This document shows positions 14,101-27,097 of a DNA stretch of 64,000 bases, in pieces (the stretch's first letter is position 1; every line of letters starts with the position of its first letter). The position numbers and the translations under genes are program-made. The stretch spans positions 11,370 through 75,369 of the forward strand of contig JAUCBJ010006295.1 of NCBI GenBank assembly GCA_032718475.1, read 5' to 3'. The notes below the pieces were generated by a model that ran no database searches, was not told the origin of the DNA, and was given only the letters and a program-made list of their open reading frames with translations. The stretch comes from Nemertoderma westbladi. Its lineage: Eukaryota; Animalia; Xenacoelomorpha.

Positions 14101-15597
14101 GTGTTACTAACTGAGACACAGGTTGGTTCTCTATGACTCACACCTAATGTGTTACTAACTGAGACACAGGTTGGTTCTCTATGACTCCCACCTAATGTGT
14201 TACTAACTGAGACACAGGTTGGTTCTCTATGACTCACACCTAATGTGTTACTAACTGAGACACAGGTTGGTTCTCTATGACTCCCACCTAATGTGTTACT
14301 AACTGAGACACAGGTTGGTTCTCTATGACTCACACCTAATGTGTTACTAACTGAGACACAGGTTGGTTCTCTATGACTCCCACCTAATGTGTTACTAACT
14401 GAGACACAGGTTGGTTCTCTATGACTCCCACCTAATGTGTTACTAACTGAGACACAGGTTGGTTCTCTATGACTCACACCTAATGTGTTACTAACTGAGA
14501 CACAGGTTGGTTCTCTATGACTCCCACCTAATGTGTTACTAACTGAGACACAGGTTGGTTCTCTATGACTCCCACCTAATGTGTTACTAACTGAGACACA
14601 GGTTGGTTCTCTATGACTCCCACCTAATGTGTTACTAACTGAGACACAGGTTGGTTCTCTATGACTCACACCTAATGTGTTACTAACTGAGACACAGGTT
14701 GGTTCTCTATGACTCACACCTAATGTGTTACTAACTGAGACACAGGTTGGTTCTCTATGACTCCCACCTAATGTGTTACTAACTGAGACACAGGTTGGTT
14801 CTCTATGACTCACACCTAATGTGTTACTAACTGAGACACAGGTTGGTTCTCTATGACTCACACCTAATGTGTTACTAACTGAGACACAGGTTGGTTCTCT
14901 ATGACTCCCACCTAATGTGTTACTAACTGAGACACAGGTTGGTTCTCTATGACTCCCACCTAATGTGTTACTAACTGAGACACAGGTTGGTTCTCTATGA
15001 CTCACACCTAATGTGTTACTAACTGAGACACAGGTTGGTTCTCTATGACTCCCACCTAATGTGTTACTAACTGAGACACAGGTTGGTTCTCTATGACTCA
15101 CACCTAATGTGTTACTAACTGAGACACAGGTTGGTTCTCTATGACTCCCACCTAATGTGTTACTAACTGAGACACAGGTTGGTTCTCTATGACTCCCACC
15201 TAATGTGTTACTAACTGAGACACAGGTTGGTTCTCTATGACTCCCACCTAATGTGTTACTAACTGAGACACAGGTTGGTTCTCTATGACTCCCACCTAAT
15301 GTGTTACTAACTGAGACACAGGTTGGTTCTCTATGACTCACACCTAATGTGTTACTAACTGAGACACAGGTTGGTTCTCTATGACTCACACCTAATGTGT
15401 TACTAACTGAGACACAGGTTGGTTCTCTATGACTCCCACCTAATGTGTTACTAACTGAGACACAGGTTGGTTCTCTATGACTCCCACCTAATGTGTTACT
15501 AACTGAGACACAGGTTGGTTCTCTATGACTCCCACCTAATGTGTTACTAACTGAGACACAGGTTGGTTCTCTATGACTCCCACCTAATGTGTTACTA
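11130..15597. repeat. 48-bp minisatellite, about 93 copies, nearly invariant except one C/A site
   Basis: Unit actaactgagacacaggttggttctctatgactc(c/a)cacctaatgtgtt. Confidence 0.98.
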
Positions 15598-16067
15598 GTT
15601 ATTATTAATTTCTATGTAAATAAATGTATTTGGTGCTTATTAGTGGCGGTCTAGCAGGGTTAAATACGGTCATAATAATTGTTTAAATAGTTCAATATAA
15701 TTTATTATACCTTTACATTACATAAATTACCAATTGCAATATCATATCACAATTATCGCACTACAAACCCTAAATCTCGAAATAAAACTGGGTAATTTTC
15801 TTCAAAAATGGCTAAATGTGACGCGGTCTAAAGTGGCCAAGTGTTTAATGGATTACATACGTGGTAATCATGGTTACATGTCCGTGGGGCCTTCGCGCTG
15901 CACGAGACTGCATACGTACCAAGTTTGGTTTAATTCCATCAATCAATGATTGAGCGACACTTATTTCGGGTTTTATCAAAAGCTCACTTCGTGGCTCGCC
16001 CCACCCCCAAATATTTTCCAGCATTTCAAGAGGCAAATAAGTGTGTAGAAACCATTAAACACATGTC

Positions 16068-17131
16068 AATAGGGTTGGTGCGCGAAAAAATAGTTGGACT
16101 AGAAACAATCGAATAAGGGGGAACAGTAACAAGGTGCCCTGAATCGAGTAGCGGGGTGTGTTTTTGTAAAACACGAGGAAACGGTCGAAATGGCGTGCGA
16201 TCGCTAACTGTGATTGAAAATCGTCTGTGATTGGCTGCTACATATTTGACGTCACTACGCAGTGCTCTGATAATTTCTTATATTGGTTTCTATGGAGGGT
16301 GATTTTAAATTCATTCAAATACATATTTAATCTCAATAATTTCACACGTGGCTTATATCAATTGGAAGCGGAGAGTCGTGCGCGTCTTTTAAACACTACA
16401 ATAACTAAATTCATGGTGTTGAACATTGATAAAATTAATCAATTCACAATTATAAACTCGCAGATTGCCTGATCAGTATGCAAGTGATACTGAACCACTC
16501 AGCCCTATCAACCTATTGCATTGCAGTATCTGAGAATTGCTGTATTGCAGCATCAAAGTTCGTTAAGTTGAAATGTGTACCAGTCAGCAGTAGCGTAAGA
16601 GTGGTACAGGGGTAGGTTTACTCAACTTAATGAACTTCAGCAACAATACAGCAATAGGTTTACTCGGATACTGCAATACAATAGGTGTTAGGGCTGAGTT
16701 AGTGAGTGACTTGCATACAGGGTCAGGCAATCTACCAAGTTTGCAAAATTGCAAACAGTATTTATCAATATTCATGATCATGAATTTAAGTAATTTTAGT
16801 GTTAAAAGACGCACAAGACTCTCCGCTTTCAATTGATATAAGCCACGTGTAAAATGATTGAGATTAAATATGTATTTGAATGAATTTAAAATCACCCTCC
16901 ATAGAAACCAATATAAGAAATTATCTGAGCACTGCGTAGTGACGTCAAAACTGTAGCAGCCAATCACAGCCGATTTTCAGAATTGGCCTCCCGCGCTTAC
17001 TTAAACCCGCCATTTCGACCATTTCCACATGTTTTTACAAAAAACACACCCCGCCACTCGATTCAGGGCACCTTGTTACCCCGTATTCGATTGTTTCTAG
17101 CCCAACTATTTTTCCGCGCACCAACTCTATT
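16068..17131. mobile_element. Foldback/MITE-like element with roughly 500-bp imperfect inverted arms
   Basis: aatagggttggtgcgcg...cgcgcaccaactctatt; the mirror ORFs 16227+ and 16967- reflect the two arms. Confidence 0.85.
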
Positions 17132-18115
17132 ATGCTATACAACCGTTTGAACTTCAACGTTTTGGTGTTCAGTAGTTAAATATACATTTTGTTCGTAAAC
17201 ATAGTTATTAAACTTCCAACAAAATTATATAATTTCAATTACCTTAATTGTATTAAAGGTCAAGTCAAATATCATATTTTGCCACTTTTGAAGGGAATTT
17301 CCCAATTATTTTTCTTTCATCCATAATTCATAATATTAATTAATGTTTAATATGCATCCATAAATATGGGCGTTAACCTTTTATATTAATGTTTGTAAAT
17401 TTATAAATATTGTCTTACCTAAGGAGGGTGTGGGGTAATGGGTTGGGAGACAATGCGGGCTGTCTGTCTTATATGTAATGTATGTCAATAAGGAAGCACA
17501 ACATTCTACAAGATTTTTACAATTGGGATTTTCCTGGTCGCTGATTTCCTATGTCAGTTTTCTCTTTTATATAAATCGATTCTCCCTGTACGTCTGTTTG
17601 TCGCCTCGCTAAACTTTTTGCAATGGGGTTTTCCTGGTCGCTGAATTAATTTTAGTTTTATTAACTTTATTAACTTATAATTACTAAAAATTATAAACTT
17701 TTTTGATAGCTTCTGAACTGTCTGTTTGCTTAAACGGCTGTCGGTTATATTTTGACTGACAGACCGATCCGACAGGAATACAGACAGTTGCGACTCGGAC
17801 AAAATTGAAAACTAATATCGAAAATGGAGTCACCAACCGAGAAAATCCCGACCGTAGGACATTTCTCAGCCAGTTAATGCGCTACCTAATGATTTACGGA
17901 CAAAATGACGGAAAGACCGACTGTCAGAAGTCAGTCAAAGTAAACGAGATCTTGCTAAGCGGTTTTCAGATTTGGAATTCTTATAAAAATATGGTCTAGG
18001 TGAAATGAAAAGATTAAATGTGAAATTATAATTTAATTAAAATAAAAAATTTTAAAAATTCTAGCTTGCAATTTTATTTTATAAATATCACATTCCTAAT
18101 TTAAATTCCAACAAT

Positions 18116-20883
18116 TTTGTACGCTATGTGGTGCAGGGTGTAGCCCGTGATTGAGTTGGTTTGTACGCTATGTGGTGCAAGGTGTAGCACGTGATTGAGT
18201 TGGTTTGTACGCTATGTGGTGCAAGGTGTAGCCCGTGATTGAGTTGGTTTGTACGCTATGTGGTGCAAGGTGTAGCACGTGATTGAGTTGGTTTGTACGC
18301 TATGTGGTGCAAGGTGTAGCACGTGATTGAGTTGGTTTGTACGCTATGTGGTGCAGGGTGTAGCCCGTGATTGATTTGGTTTGTACGCTATGTGGTGCAA
18401 GGTGTAGCACGTGATTGAGTTGGTTTGTACGCTATGTGGTGCAAGGTGTAGCACGTGATTGAGTTGGTTTGTACGCTATATGGTGCAAGGTGTAGCCCGT
18501 GATTGAGTTGGTTTGTACGCTATGTGGTGCAAGGTGTAGCACGTGATTGAGTTGGTTTGTACGCTATGTGGTGCAAGGTGTAGCCCGTGATTGAGTTGGT
18601 TTGTACGCTATGTGGTGCAAGGTGTAGCACGTGATTGAGTTGGTTTGTACGCTATGTGGTGCAGGGTGTAGCCCGTGATTGAGTTGGTTTGTACGCTATG
18701 TGGTGCAAGGTGTAGCACGTGATTGAGTTGGTTTGTACGCTATGTGGTGCAAGGTGTAGCACGTGATTGAGTTGGTTTGTACGCTATGTGGTGCAAGGTG
18801 TAGCCCGTGATTGAGTTGGTTTGTACGCTATGTGGTGCAAGGTGTAGCACGTGATTGAGTTGGTTTGTACGCTATGTGGTGCAAGGTGTAGCACGTGATT
18901 GAGTTGGTTTGTACGCTATGTGGTGCAAGGTGTAGCCCGTGATTGAGTTGGTTTGTACGCTATGTGGTGCAAGGTGTAGCACGTGATTGAGTTGGTTTGT
19001 ACGCTATGTGGTGCAAGGTGTAGCCCGTGATTGAGTTGGTTTGTACGCTATGTGGTGCAAGGTGTAGCACGTGATTGAGTTGGTTTGTACGCTATGTGGT
19101 GCAGGGTGTAGCCCGTGATTGAGTTGGTTTGTACGCTATGTGGTGCAAGGTGTAGCACGTGATTGAGTTGGTTTGTACGCTATGTGGTGCAAGGTGTAGC
19201 ACGTGATTGAGTTGGTTTGTACGCTATGTGGTGCAAGGTGTAGCCCGTGATTGAGTTGGTTTGTACGCTATGTGGTGCAAGGTGTAGCACGTGATTGAGT
19301 TGGTTTGTACGCTATGTGGTGCAGGGTGTAGCCCGTGATTGAGTTGGTTTGTACGCTATGTGGTGCAAGGTGTAGCACGTGATTGAGTTGGTTTGTACGC
19401 TATGTGGTGCAAGGTGTAGCACGTGATTGAGTTGGTTTGTCGCTATGTGGTGCAAGGTGTAGCACGTGATTGAGTTGGTTTGTACGCTATGTGGTGCAAG
19501 GTGTAGCCCGTGATTGAGTTGGTTTGTACGCTATGTGGTGCAAGGTGTAGCACGTGATTGAGTTGGTTTGTACGCTATGTGGTGCAAGGTGTAGCCCGTG
19601 ATTGAGTTGGTTTGTACGCTATGTGGTGCAAGGTGTAGCCCGTGATTGAGTTGGTTTGTACGCTATGTGGTGCAAGGTGTAGCACGTGATTGAGTTGGTT
19701 TGTACGCTATGTGGTGCAAGGTGTAGCCCGTGATTGAGTTGGTTTGTACGCTATGTGGTGCAAGGTGTAGCACGTGATTGAGTTGGTTTGTACGCTATGT
19801 GGTGCAAGGTGTAGCCCGTGATTGAGTTGGTTTGTACGCTATGTGGTGCAAGGTGTAGCCCGTGATTGAGTTGGTTTGTACGCTATGTGGTGCAAGGTGT
19901 AGCACGTGATTGAGTTGGTTTGTACGCTATGTGGTGCAAGGTGTAGCCCGTGATTGAGTTGGTTTGTACGCTATGTGGTGCAAGGTGTAGCACGTGATTG
20001 AGTTGGTTTGTACGCTATGTGGTGCAAGGTGTAGCCCGTGATTGAGTTGGTTTGTACGCTATGTGGTGCAAGGTGTAGCCCGTGATTGAGTTGGTTTGTA
20101 CGCTATGTGGTGCAAGGTGTAGCCCGTGATTGAGTTGGTTTGTACGCTATGTGGTGCAAGGTGCAGCCCGTGATTGAGTTGGTTTGTACACTATGTGGTG
20201 CAAGGTGTAGCCCGTGATTGAGTTGGTTTGTACGCTATGTGGTGCAAGGTGTAGCACGTGATTGAGTTGGTTTGTACGCTATGTGGTGCAAGGTGTAGCC
20301 CGTGATTGAGTTGGTTTGTACGCTATGTGGTGCAAGGTGTAGCCCGTGATTGAGTTGGTTTGTACGCTATGTGGTGCAAGGTGTAGCCCGTGATTGAGTT
20401 GCTTTGTACGCTATGTGGTGCAAGGTGCAGCCCGTGATTGAGTTGGTTTGTACGCTATGTGGTGCAAGGTGTAGCCCGTGATTGAGTTGGTTTGTACGCT
20501 ATGTGGTGCAAGGTGTAGCCCGTGATTGAGTTGGTTTGTACGCTATGTGGTGCAAGGTGTAGCCCGTGATTGAGTTGGTTTGTACGCTATGTGGTGCAAG
20601 GTGTAGCCCGTGATTGAGTTGGTTTGTACGCTACTATGTGGTGCAAGGTGTAGCCCGTGATTGAGTTGGTTTGTACGCTATGTGGTGCAAGGTGTAGCCC
20701 GTGATTGAGTTGGTTTGTACGCTATGTGGTGCAAGGTGTAGCACGTGATTGAGTTGGTTTGTACGCTATGTGGTGCAAGGTGTAGCCCGTGATTGAGTTG
20801 GTTTGTACGCATGTGGTGCAAGGTGTAGCACGTGATTGAGTTGGTTTGTACGCTATGTGGTGCAAGGTGTAGCCCGTGATTGA
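18116..20883. repeat. 44-bp minisatellite, about 63 copies
   Basis: Unit ttgtacgctatgtggtgcaaggtgtagc(c/a)cgtgattgagttggt. Confidence 0.97.
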
Positions 20884-21268
20884 TTTAGCACGTATTTAGT
20901 TAAATGGAATTCTTATGCGCGAAGGTAGATCTTTATTTTACTACCGCGATATATTTTCCTCCAATACACTGTATTTATTGTGTATTATCAAACATAGATA
21001 TCCTTATATATGCGAGATGCCATAGGTGTATGTCATTGTGTTTTATATACATTGCTAATTATGTTTAATTTTTCGTGTTTAGTAATTGAGTCATATCGTT
21101 CAATATTATATGTAAATCTGTAATTTGTGTACAGTTTTCGATTTTGAGTCAAAAGCGAAAGTCAGTCTGAGTTCGATTGAAATGACAAACTATATAAATC
21201 ATTCTGGTGTAACTACACTAGTGTTGCAAGGGGGTCGGGATCGACAATTTTAGGGATTCGCGATTCGC

Positions 21269-21620
21269 GTAGAGGGTCTTGCCACGAGTAATAAAAATAA
21301 AAATATTAATGTTACCGTAACCGCATTTCACCCGTTGCGGGCGTCCTCAGCGGTTCATTATTATAAATATACATTAAAAACAGGAACATAATATATCAAT
21401 TTAAATAAAATGGTAAGACTAACATCTAACATAATGTAAGAACATGTGCACATTAAAGGGTGGTGCTGCAGTAGGGCGGGTTACCTGCAGCTGTTAGGTT
21501 GTTACCGGTGTTACGGTTTTTATTATAATAATGAACCGCTGAGGACGCCCGCAACGGGTGAAATGCGGTTACGGTAACATTAATTTTTTTATTTTTATAA
21601 CTCGTGGCAGGACCCTCTAC
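21269..21620. mobile_element. MITE-like element with roughly 95-bp inverted repeats
   Basis: gtagagggtcttgccacgagt...gcggttcattattata is mirrored by tataataatgaaccgc...ctcgtggcaggaccctctac. Confidence 0.8.
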
Positions 21621-21856
21621 ACCCTAAACAGATTATCCACCCACGGAGTATACCTAAAAGTATAGTAATCATGCTTACGCCACGCTCGACGTCAACCAGA
21701 AATATTAAATATTTGGAATCAACATTATGACAGTGAACCTTGATAGCCCTCAAGAAATGACTGATCGTAAGGCATTGCTTGCTTGAGCATGTGGAGAAGA
21801 TCTTCGGATACGTAAGGGGAAGGCATGGGCAGCGTTAAATAATAATATTTATGGAA

Positions 21857-22135
21857 GCAGTAGTACCAGTACTCTTATATGGGAGTCCATGCTGGGCTCT
21901 AACTGCAGGGAAATCCAAGGCACTTTCACAACAATGCTGCGCCGGGTTCATTGTGTCAAGTACAATGATCACATCTCCATTCAGACTCTATACTATACAC
22001 CGGCCTTGAAGATGCGGATAATCTCATGGGTGATATGGAGTTGTGGTGGCGCAATTTTGTCGACAAGCCGGCAGATCATTGTTAATATTTATGTAATATA
22101 TATATATATATATATAATGCAGTTTCTCATGCCTT
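21857..22135 (+). mobile_element. RTE-clade LINE 3' fragment (internally deleted; same family as 37230-37694)
   Basis: Shares gcagtagt.ccagtactc.tatatgggagtccatgctgggctct and ggcgcaattttgtcgacaagccggca with the 37230 copy. Confidence 0.8.
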
Positions 22136-23229
22136 AGTAGTAGTATGATATGCCGATAGTAGTAGTATGATATGCCGATAGTAGTAGTATGATATACCGA
22201 TAGTAGTAGTATGATACGCCGATAGTAGTAGTATGATATGCCGATAGTAGTAGTATGATATGCCGATAGTAGTAGTATGAAATGCGGATAGTAGTATAAA
22301 TATATGCAGATAATAGTAGTATGATATGCCGATAGTATTAGTATGATATGCCGATAGTAGTAGTATGATATGCCGATAGTAGTTGTATGATATGCCGATA
22401 GTAGTAGTATGATATGCCGATATTAGTTGTATGATATGCCGATAGTATTAGTATGATATGCCGATAGTATTAGTATGATATGCCGATAGTAGTAGTATGA
22501 TATGCCGATAGTAGTAGTATGATATGCCGATAGTAGTAGTATGATATGCCGATAGTAGTAGTATGATATGCCGATAGTAGTAGTATGATATGCCGATAGT
22601 AGTAGTATGATATGCCGATAGTAGTAGTATGAAATGCGGATAGTAGTATAAATATATGCAGATAATAGTAGTATATGATATGCCGATAGTATTAGTATGA
22701 TATGCCGATAGTAGTAGTATGATATGCCGATAGTAGTTGTATGATATGCCGATAGTAGTTGTATGATATGCCGATAGTAGTAGTATGATATGCCGATAAT
22801 AGTAGTATGATATGCCAATAGAAGTAGTATGATATACCGATAGTAGCAGTATGATATGCCGATAGTAGTAGTATGATATGCCGATAGTAGTAGTATGATA
22901 TGCCGATAGTAGTAGTATGATATGCCGATAGTAGTAGTATGATATGCCGATAGTAGTAGTATGATATGCCGATAGTAGTAGTATGATATGCCGATAGTAG
23001 TAGTATGATATGCCAATAGTAGTAGTATGATATGCCGATATTAGTAGTATGATATGCCGATAGCAGTAATATGATATGCCGATAGCAGTAGTATGATATG
23101 CCGATAGTAGTAGTATGATATGCCGATAGTAGTAGTATGATATGCCGATAGTAGTAGTATGATATGCCTATAGTAGTAGTATGATATGCCGATATTAGTA
23201 GTATGATATGCCGATATTAGTAGTATGAT
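22129..23229. repeat. 22-bp minisatellite, about 50 copies, starting at the LINE tail
   Basis: Unit atgccgatagtagtagtatgat. Confidence 0.95.
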
Positions 23230-23468
23230 TATATATAATTAATAGGGGGGTTTGTACATTTCCCTAGGTGGCATTTTCTCCCTACCGAAATAAATATATA
23301 CATAATTAACATATTCGTATAATTTTACACATCTTTCGCATCCTCAAGCCTCAATTATAGACCAAAATCATAAGTCTGGGTTGCCAATATAAGATTATAC
23401 GACAACTACCACTGATCAGATCGATCAGTAAATATAAAGATCAGAAGATCATTATGTATATAACTCAC

Positions 23469-23674
23469 CTCTACAGCCGTTACCATGGGTTGTGACGGCT
23501 CGGTTTTGCCCCCTCGCTTTCTATCCTGCCCCCCTTTCCCCCCCTTCTCGTCTGCGGCGGGGGGACTGCCTGGCGGTTTAGTTCTCAGTACAACGGGGGG
23601 AATCTCGATGTATCCCGCTCTTCTACAAACCTCCGGGAAATCCACCTCCAGGTTACCAGTGCAGATGTATGGTT
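23469..23674 (-). CDS. LRRC71: LRRC71 coding exon 2
   Basis: tag| acceptor, GAG|gtgagt donor; EPYICTGNLEVDFPEVCRRAGYIEIPPVV resembles the recalled human [22 protein letters not shown] motif. Confidence 0.85.
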
Positions 23675-24029
23675 CTACAATGAATGAGTGCGAGGATGAA
23701 AATTAGATTAATTTATTTAAATAAATTATTATTGTGATAACAATTTTTAAATTTCCACTGCTTTTACTTTTACTGTATTTCTATTTTGCATTAACAGCTC
23801 AACTCTAATTCATTTCTTCATTTCTATTAAAAGCATTTGAGCGCCCCAAAACTCATACCCATACGGATTTCGAAAAAAAGAACCTTACTCATTAGTCTAC
23901 TATATATTACCGTTGTGGTAAAGTTATTTTTCAATTACTTATTTTAAAATAAACCGCACTGTTGCTCCAATACACTGCGATATTTTTACTATTAAAAAAG
24001 TAAAAGTAAAGTAAATTTTCTTCGGCCAC

Positions 24030-24272
24030 TAGGCCAGGGATTACGCACAAAGTCTGACGACTTATTTCCAGTGCGGTCCCCCCAGAACTTTACTCCCCAG
24101 AGGAAACTCCAGTACTCATTTAGCTACCACTTAAGGATGCAAGGCAGAGATGCGCCCTGGCTGGTCCCTTTAAAGCTTTCGTGCCGAAACGAAAACTGCC
24201 CCGGCCCATGTGAGGATCGAACCCACGACCTACGGAAGATGTGAATTCAATGCAACCACTACACCAAGGTGG
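24030..24272 (-). mobile_element. tRNA-derived SINE-like element
   Basis: Minus strand has A box TGGTGTAGTGG and B box GGTTCGATCC; the body (ccccagaact..actccccaga...gtactcatttagc) recurs at about 43860-43920. Confidence 0.6.
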
Positions 24273-24395
24273 AACCTATTCTGTGTTTTTATATTGTTTA
24301 GCGCCGGTAGGAACCCGGAACCCCGGTTTTTTTTACAGTTGTGTTGGCCTTATTTATTTAATCAATGCCAGACTCACTATATATACAACACTCAC

Positions 24396-24474
24396 CAGGT
24401 TCCTTGTTTGGATCATCATCGTTTTGTTCCCGATTTTTATCTTTATGGATTTTATCAGTTGGTTTCTTAACCAT
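24396..24474 (-). CDS. LRRC71: LRRC71 coding exon 1 (MVKKPTDKIHKDKNREQNDDDPNKEP)
   Basis: ATG at 24474; donor G|GTGAGT; phase 1 joins the next exon to give ...KEP-E-PYICTG, resembling the LRRC71 N-terminus. Confidence 0.75.
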
Positions 24475-24684
24475 TGTGAAAAGTGGATTTAATAACACTA
24501 GGCCTACTCTATATTAATTAAATATAAGAGATTTGTTTATGTTTAAGTTAACTATAATTTCTACTCTTGGAACTATAATCCAGATTATATAGTAAGTTAA
24601 TTTAATCCTCAGTCTGACAGTTCTAATGTAGTATAGGCAGGTAGAAATGCCATAAGTTATTGCCAGCTGACTTTTGTTTCTTCC

Positions 24685-24697
24685 GTTACTAGGTAAC
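24685..24697. promoter_or_regulatory. Candidate RFX X-box about 210 bp upstream of the LRRC71 ATG
   Basis: GTTACTAGGTAAC imperfect palindrome fits GTTNCY-N-RGYAAC; ciliary gene context. Confidence 0.5.
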
Positions 24698-25012
24698 CAG
24701 CTCTCTCAGCTGATTCGCAGTGTGGGATGGTGTGGAGAATTAATATTCGAGGTAATGTTAATGTACACCATGTCCATTTTTTGGGATAGTAGCCGCAAAG
24801 CCTGTTTCTGAAACTTGTTGCTGGACCTCCTCACACACAGAAACTTATTGCTGAAGAAAATAACAATTATTTCAATATAAATAGCTAGCTAGCATGTAGC
24901 ATGTCCAGTCATTTATATATAATATCAAATCACTCAAAGTATCGAATATTAGCTAGTATACAAATTGCATGTAATAAAAGTTTTAAAAACAGTTGCTGGG
25001 AATAATAACTTT

Positions 25013-26530
25013 CAGCAACTTGTTGCTGGACTCCTCACACACAGAAACAAGTTTCGGAAACAAGTTGCAGCAACTTGTTGCTGGACCCCTCACACACTGA
25101 AACAAGTTCGGAAACAAGTAGCAGCAACTTGTTGCTGGACTCCTCACACACAGAAACAAGTTTCTGAAACAAGTTGCAGCAAGTTGTTGCTGGACCCCTC
25201 ACACACAGAAACAAGTTTCTGAAACAAGTTGCAGCAACTTGTTGCTGGACTCCCTCACACACAGAAACAAGTTTCGGAAACAAGTTGCAGTAACTTGTTG
25301 TTGGACTCCTCACACACAGAAACAAGTTCGGAAACAAGTTGCAGCAACTTGTTGCTGGACTCCTCACACACAGAAACAAGTTTCGGAAACAAGTTGCAGC
25401 AAGTTGTTGCTGGACCCCTCACACACAGAAACAAGTTTCTGAAACAAGTTGCAGCAACTTGTTGCTGGACTCCCTCACACACAGAAACAAGTTTCGGAAA
25501 CAAGTTGCAGTAACTTGTTGTTGGACTCCTCACACACAGAAACAAGTTCGGAAACAAGTTGCAGCAACTTGTTGCTGGACTCCTCACACACAGAAACAAG
25601 TTTCGGAAAGAAGTTGCAGCAACTTGTTGTTGGACTCCTCACACACAGAAACAAGTTGCAGCAACTTGTTGCTGGACTCCTCACACACAGAAACAAGTTC
25701 GGAAACAAGTTGCAGCAACTTGTTGCTGGACTCCTCACACACAGAAATAAGTTTCGGAAACAAATTGCAGCAACTTGTTGCTGGACCCCTCACACACTGA
25801 AACAAGTTTCTGAAACAAGTTGCAGCAACTTGTTGCTGGACCCCTCACACACAGAAACTAGTTTCTGAAACAAGTTGCAGCAACTTGTTGCTGGACTCCC
25901 TCACACACAGAAACAAGTTTCGGAAACAAGTTGCAGTAACTTGTTACTCAACTCCTCACACACAGAAACAAGTTCGGAAACAAGTAGCAGCAACTTGTTG
26001 CTGGACTCCTCACACACAGAAACAAGTTTCTGAAACAAGTTGCAGCAACCTGTTGCTGGACCCCTCACACACAGAAACAAGTTGCAGCAATATGTTGCTG
26101 GACTCACTCACACACAGAAACAAGTTTCGGAAACAAGTTGCAGTAACTTGTTGCTGGACTCCTCACACACAGAAACAAGTTCGGAAACAAGTTGCAGCAA
26201 CTTGTTGCTGGACTCCTCACACACAGAAACAAGTTTCGGAAACAAGTTGCAGCAACTTGTTGTTGGACTCCTCACACACAGAAACAAGTTGCAGCAACTT
26301 GTTGCTGGACTCCTCACACACAGAAACAAGTTCGGAAACAAGTTGCAGCAACTTGTTGCTGGACTCCTCACACACAGAAACAAGTTTCGGAAACAAGTTG
26401 CAGCAACTTGTTGCTGGACTCCTCACACACAGAAACAAGTTTCGGAAACAAGTTGCAGCAACTTGTTGCTGGACTCCTCACACACAGAAACAAGTTTCGG
26501 AAACAAGTTTCGGAAACAAGTTGCAGCAAA
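25013..26530. repeat. About 55-bp palindrome-rich tandem array inside an inverted-repeat element (about 24806-26605)
   Basis: Unit gaaacaagtttcggaaacaagttgcagcaacttgttgctggactcctcacacaca; 24806-24845 is the inverse of 26532-26575. Confidence 0.9.
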
Positions 26531-26960
26531 ACGTTTCTGTGTGTGAGGGGTCCAGCAACAAGTTTCAGAAACAAGTTGTTCCGTGTGAGAGGGACCTTAC
26601 GCGAAGTTTAAAGTCATTACTGCAAGGGAGTTTCCGTGGGGGGGGGGGGGGGGGGGGATTTTTACCATCTTTCCTATGTTCTTCGACAATCTCACATTCA
26701 ATATATTGTATTCTAAATGAAAAAACACAATAATAACATACACAAGACAGTCTGCTTATGTAATGTAGGTATGCTACCGGTTATTTCAAAATTTAATTAA
26801 ATTTCTTCAAAATGCAGTGCAATTATTTATAACGTGATTTTATTTTTTTCTTTAACTACAGTAACACCGGTAGCCTACCTACATTACATAAGCAGAGGGT
26901 ACCGCCGGTACATCCTTAGTTACAGTCACAAGCACAGGTACGGATTACGTTCAGATTTGA

Positions 26961-27083
26961 ATTTACTTTTTTTTTCTCATTTTGTCAGCAAAGTTGAAGG
27001 TCCAGCTGCATTGGGAGGGCCACCCCCTCCCAATGCAGCTGGACCTTCAACTTTGCTGACAAAATGAGAAAAAAAAAGTAAAT
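26961..27083. repeat. Perfect 59-bp-arm inverted repeat with a 5-nt loop
   Basis: atttactttttttttctcattttgtcagcaaagttgaaggtccagctgcattgggaggg / ccacc / exact reverse complement. Confidence 0.95.
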
Positions 27084-27097
27084 GGCATGTTGGTGTA

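Noticed and set aside
11127-15389. 1420-aa minus-strand ORF
   Set aside because: Translation of a stop-free 48-bp repeat with no ATG context or unique domain; lies in an LRRC71 intron
16227-16967. Pair of near-identical ORFs on opposite strands
   Set aside because: Artefact of the foldback arms; the same applies to 57199+ and 61905-
18116-20883. 44-bp array as another splice-junction array
   Set aside because: Only a weak AAG|GTGTAG and no adjacent exon could be reconstructed
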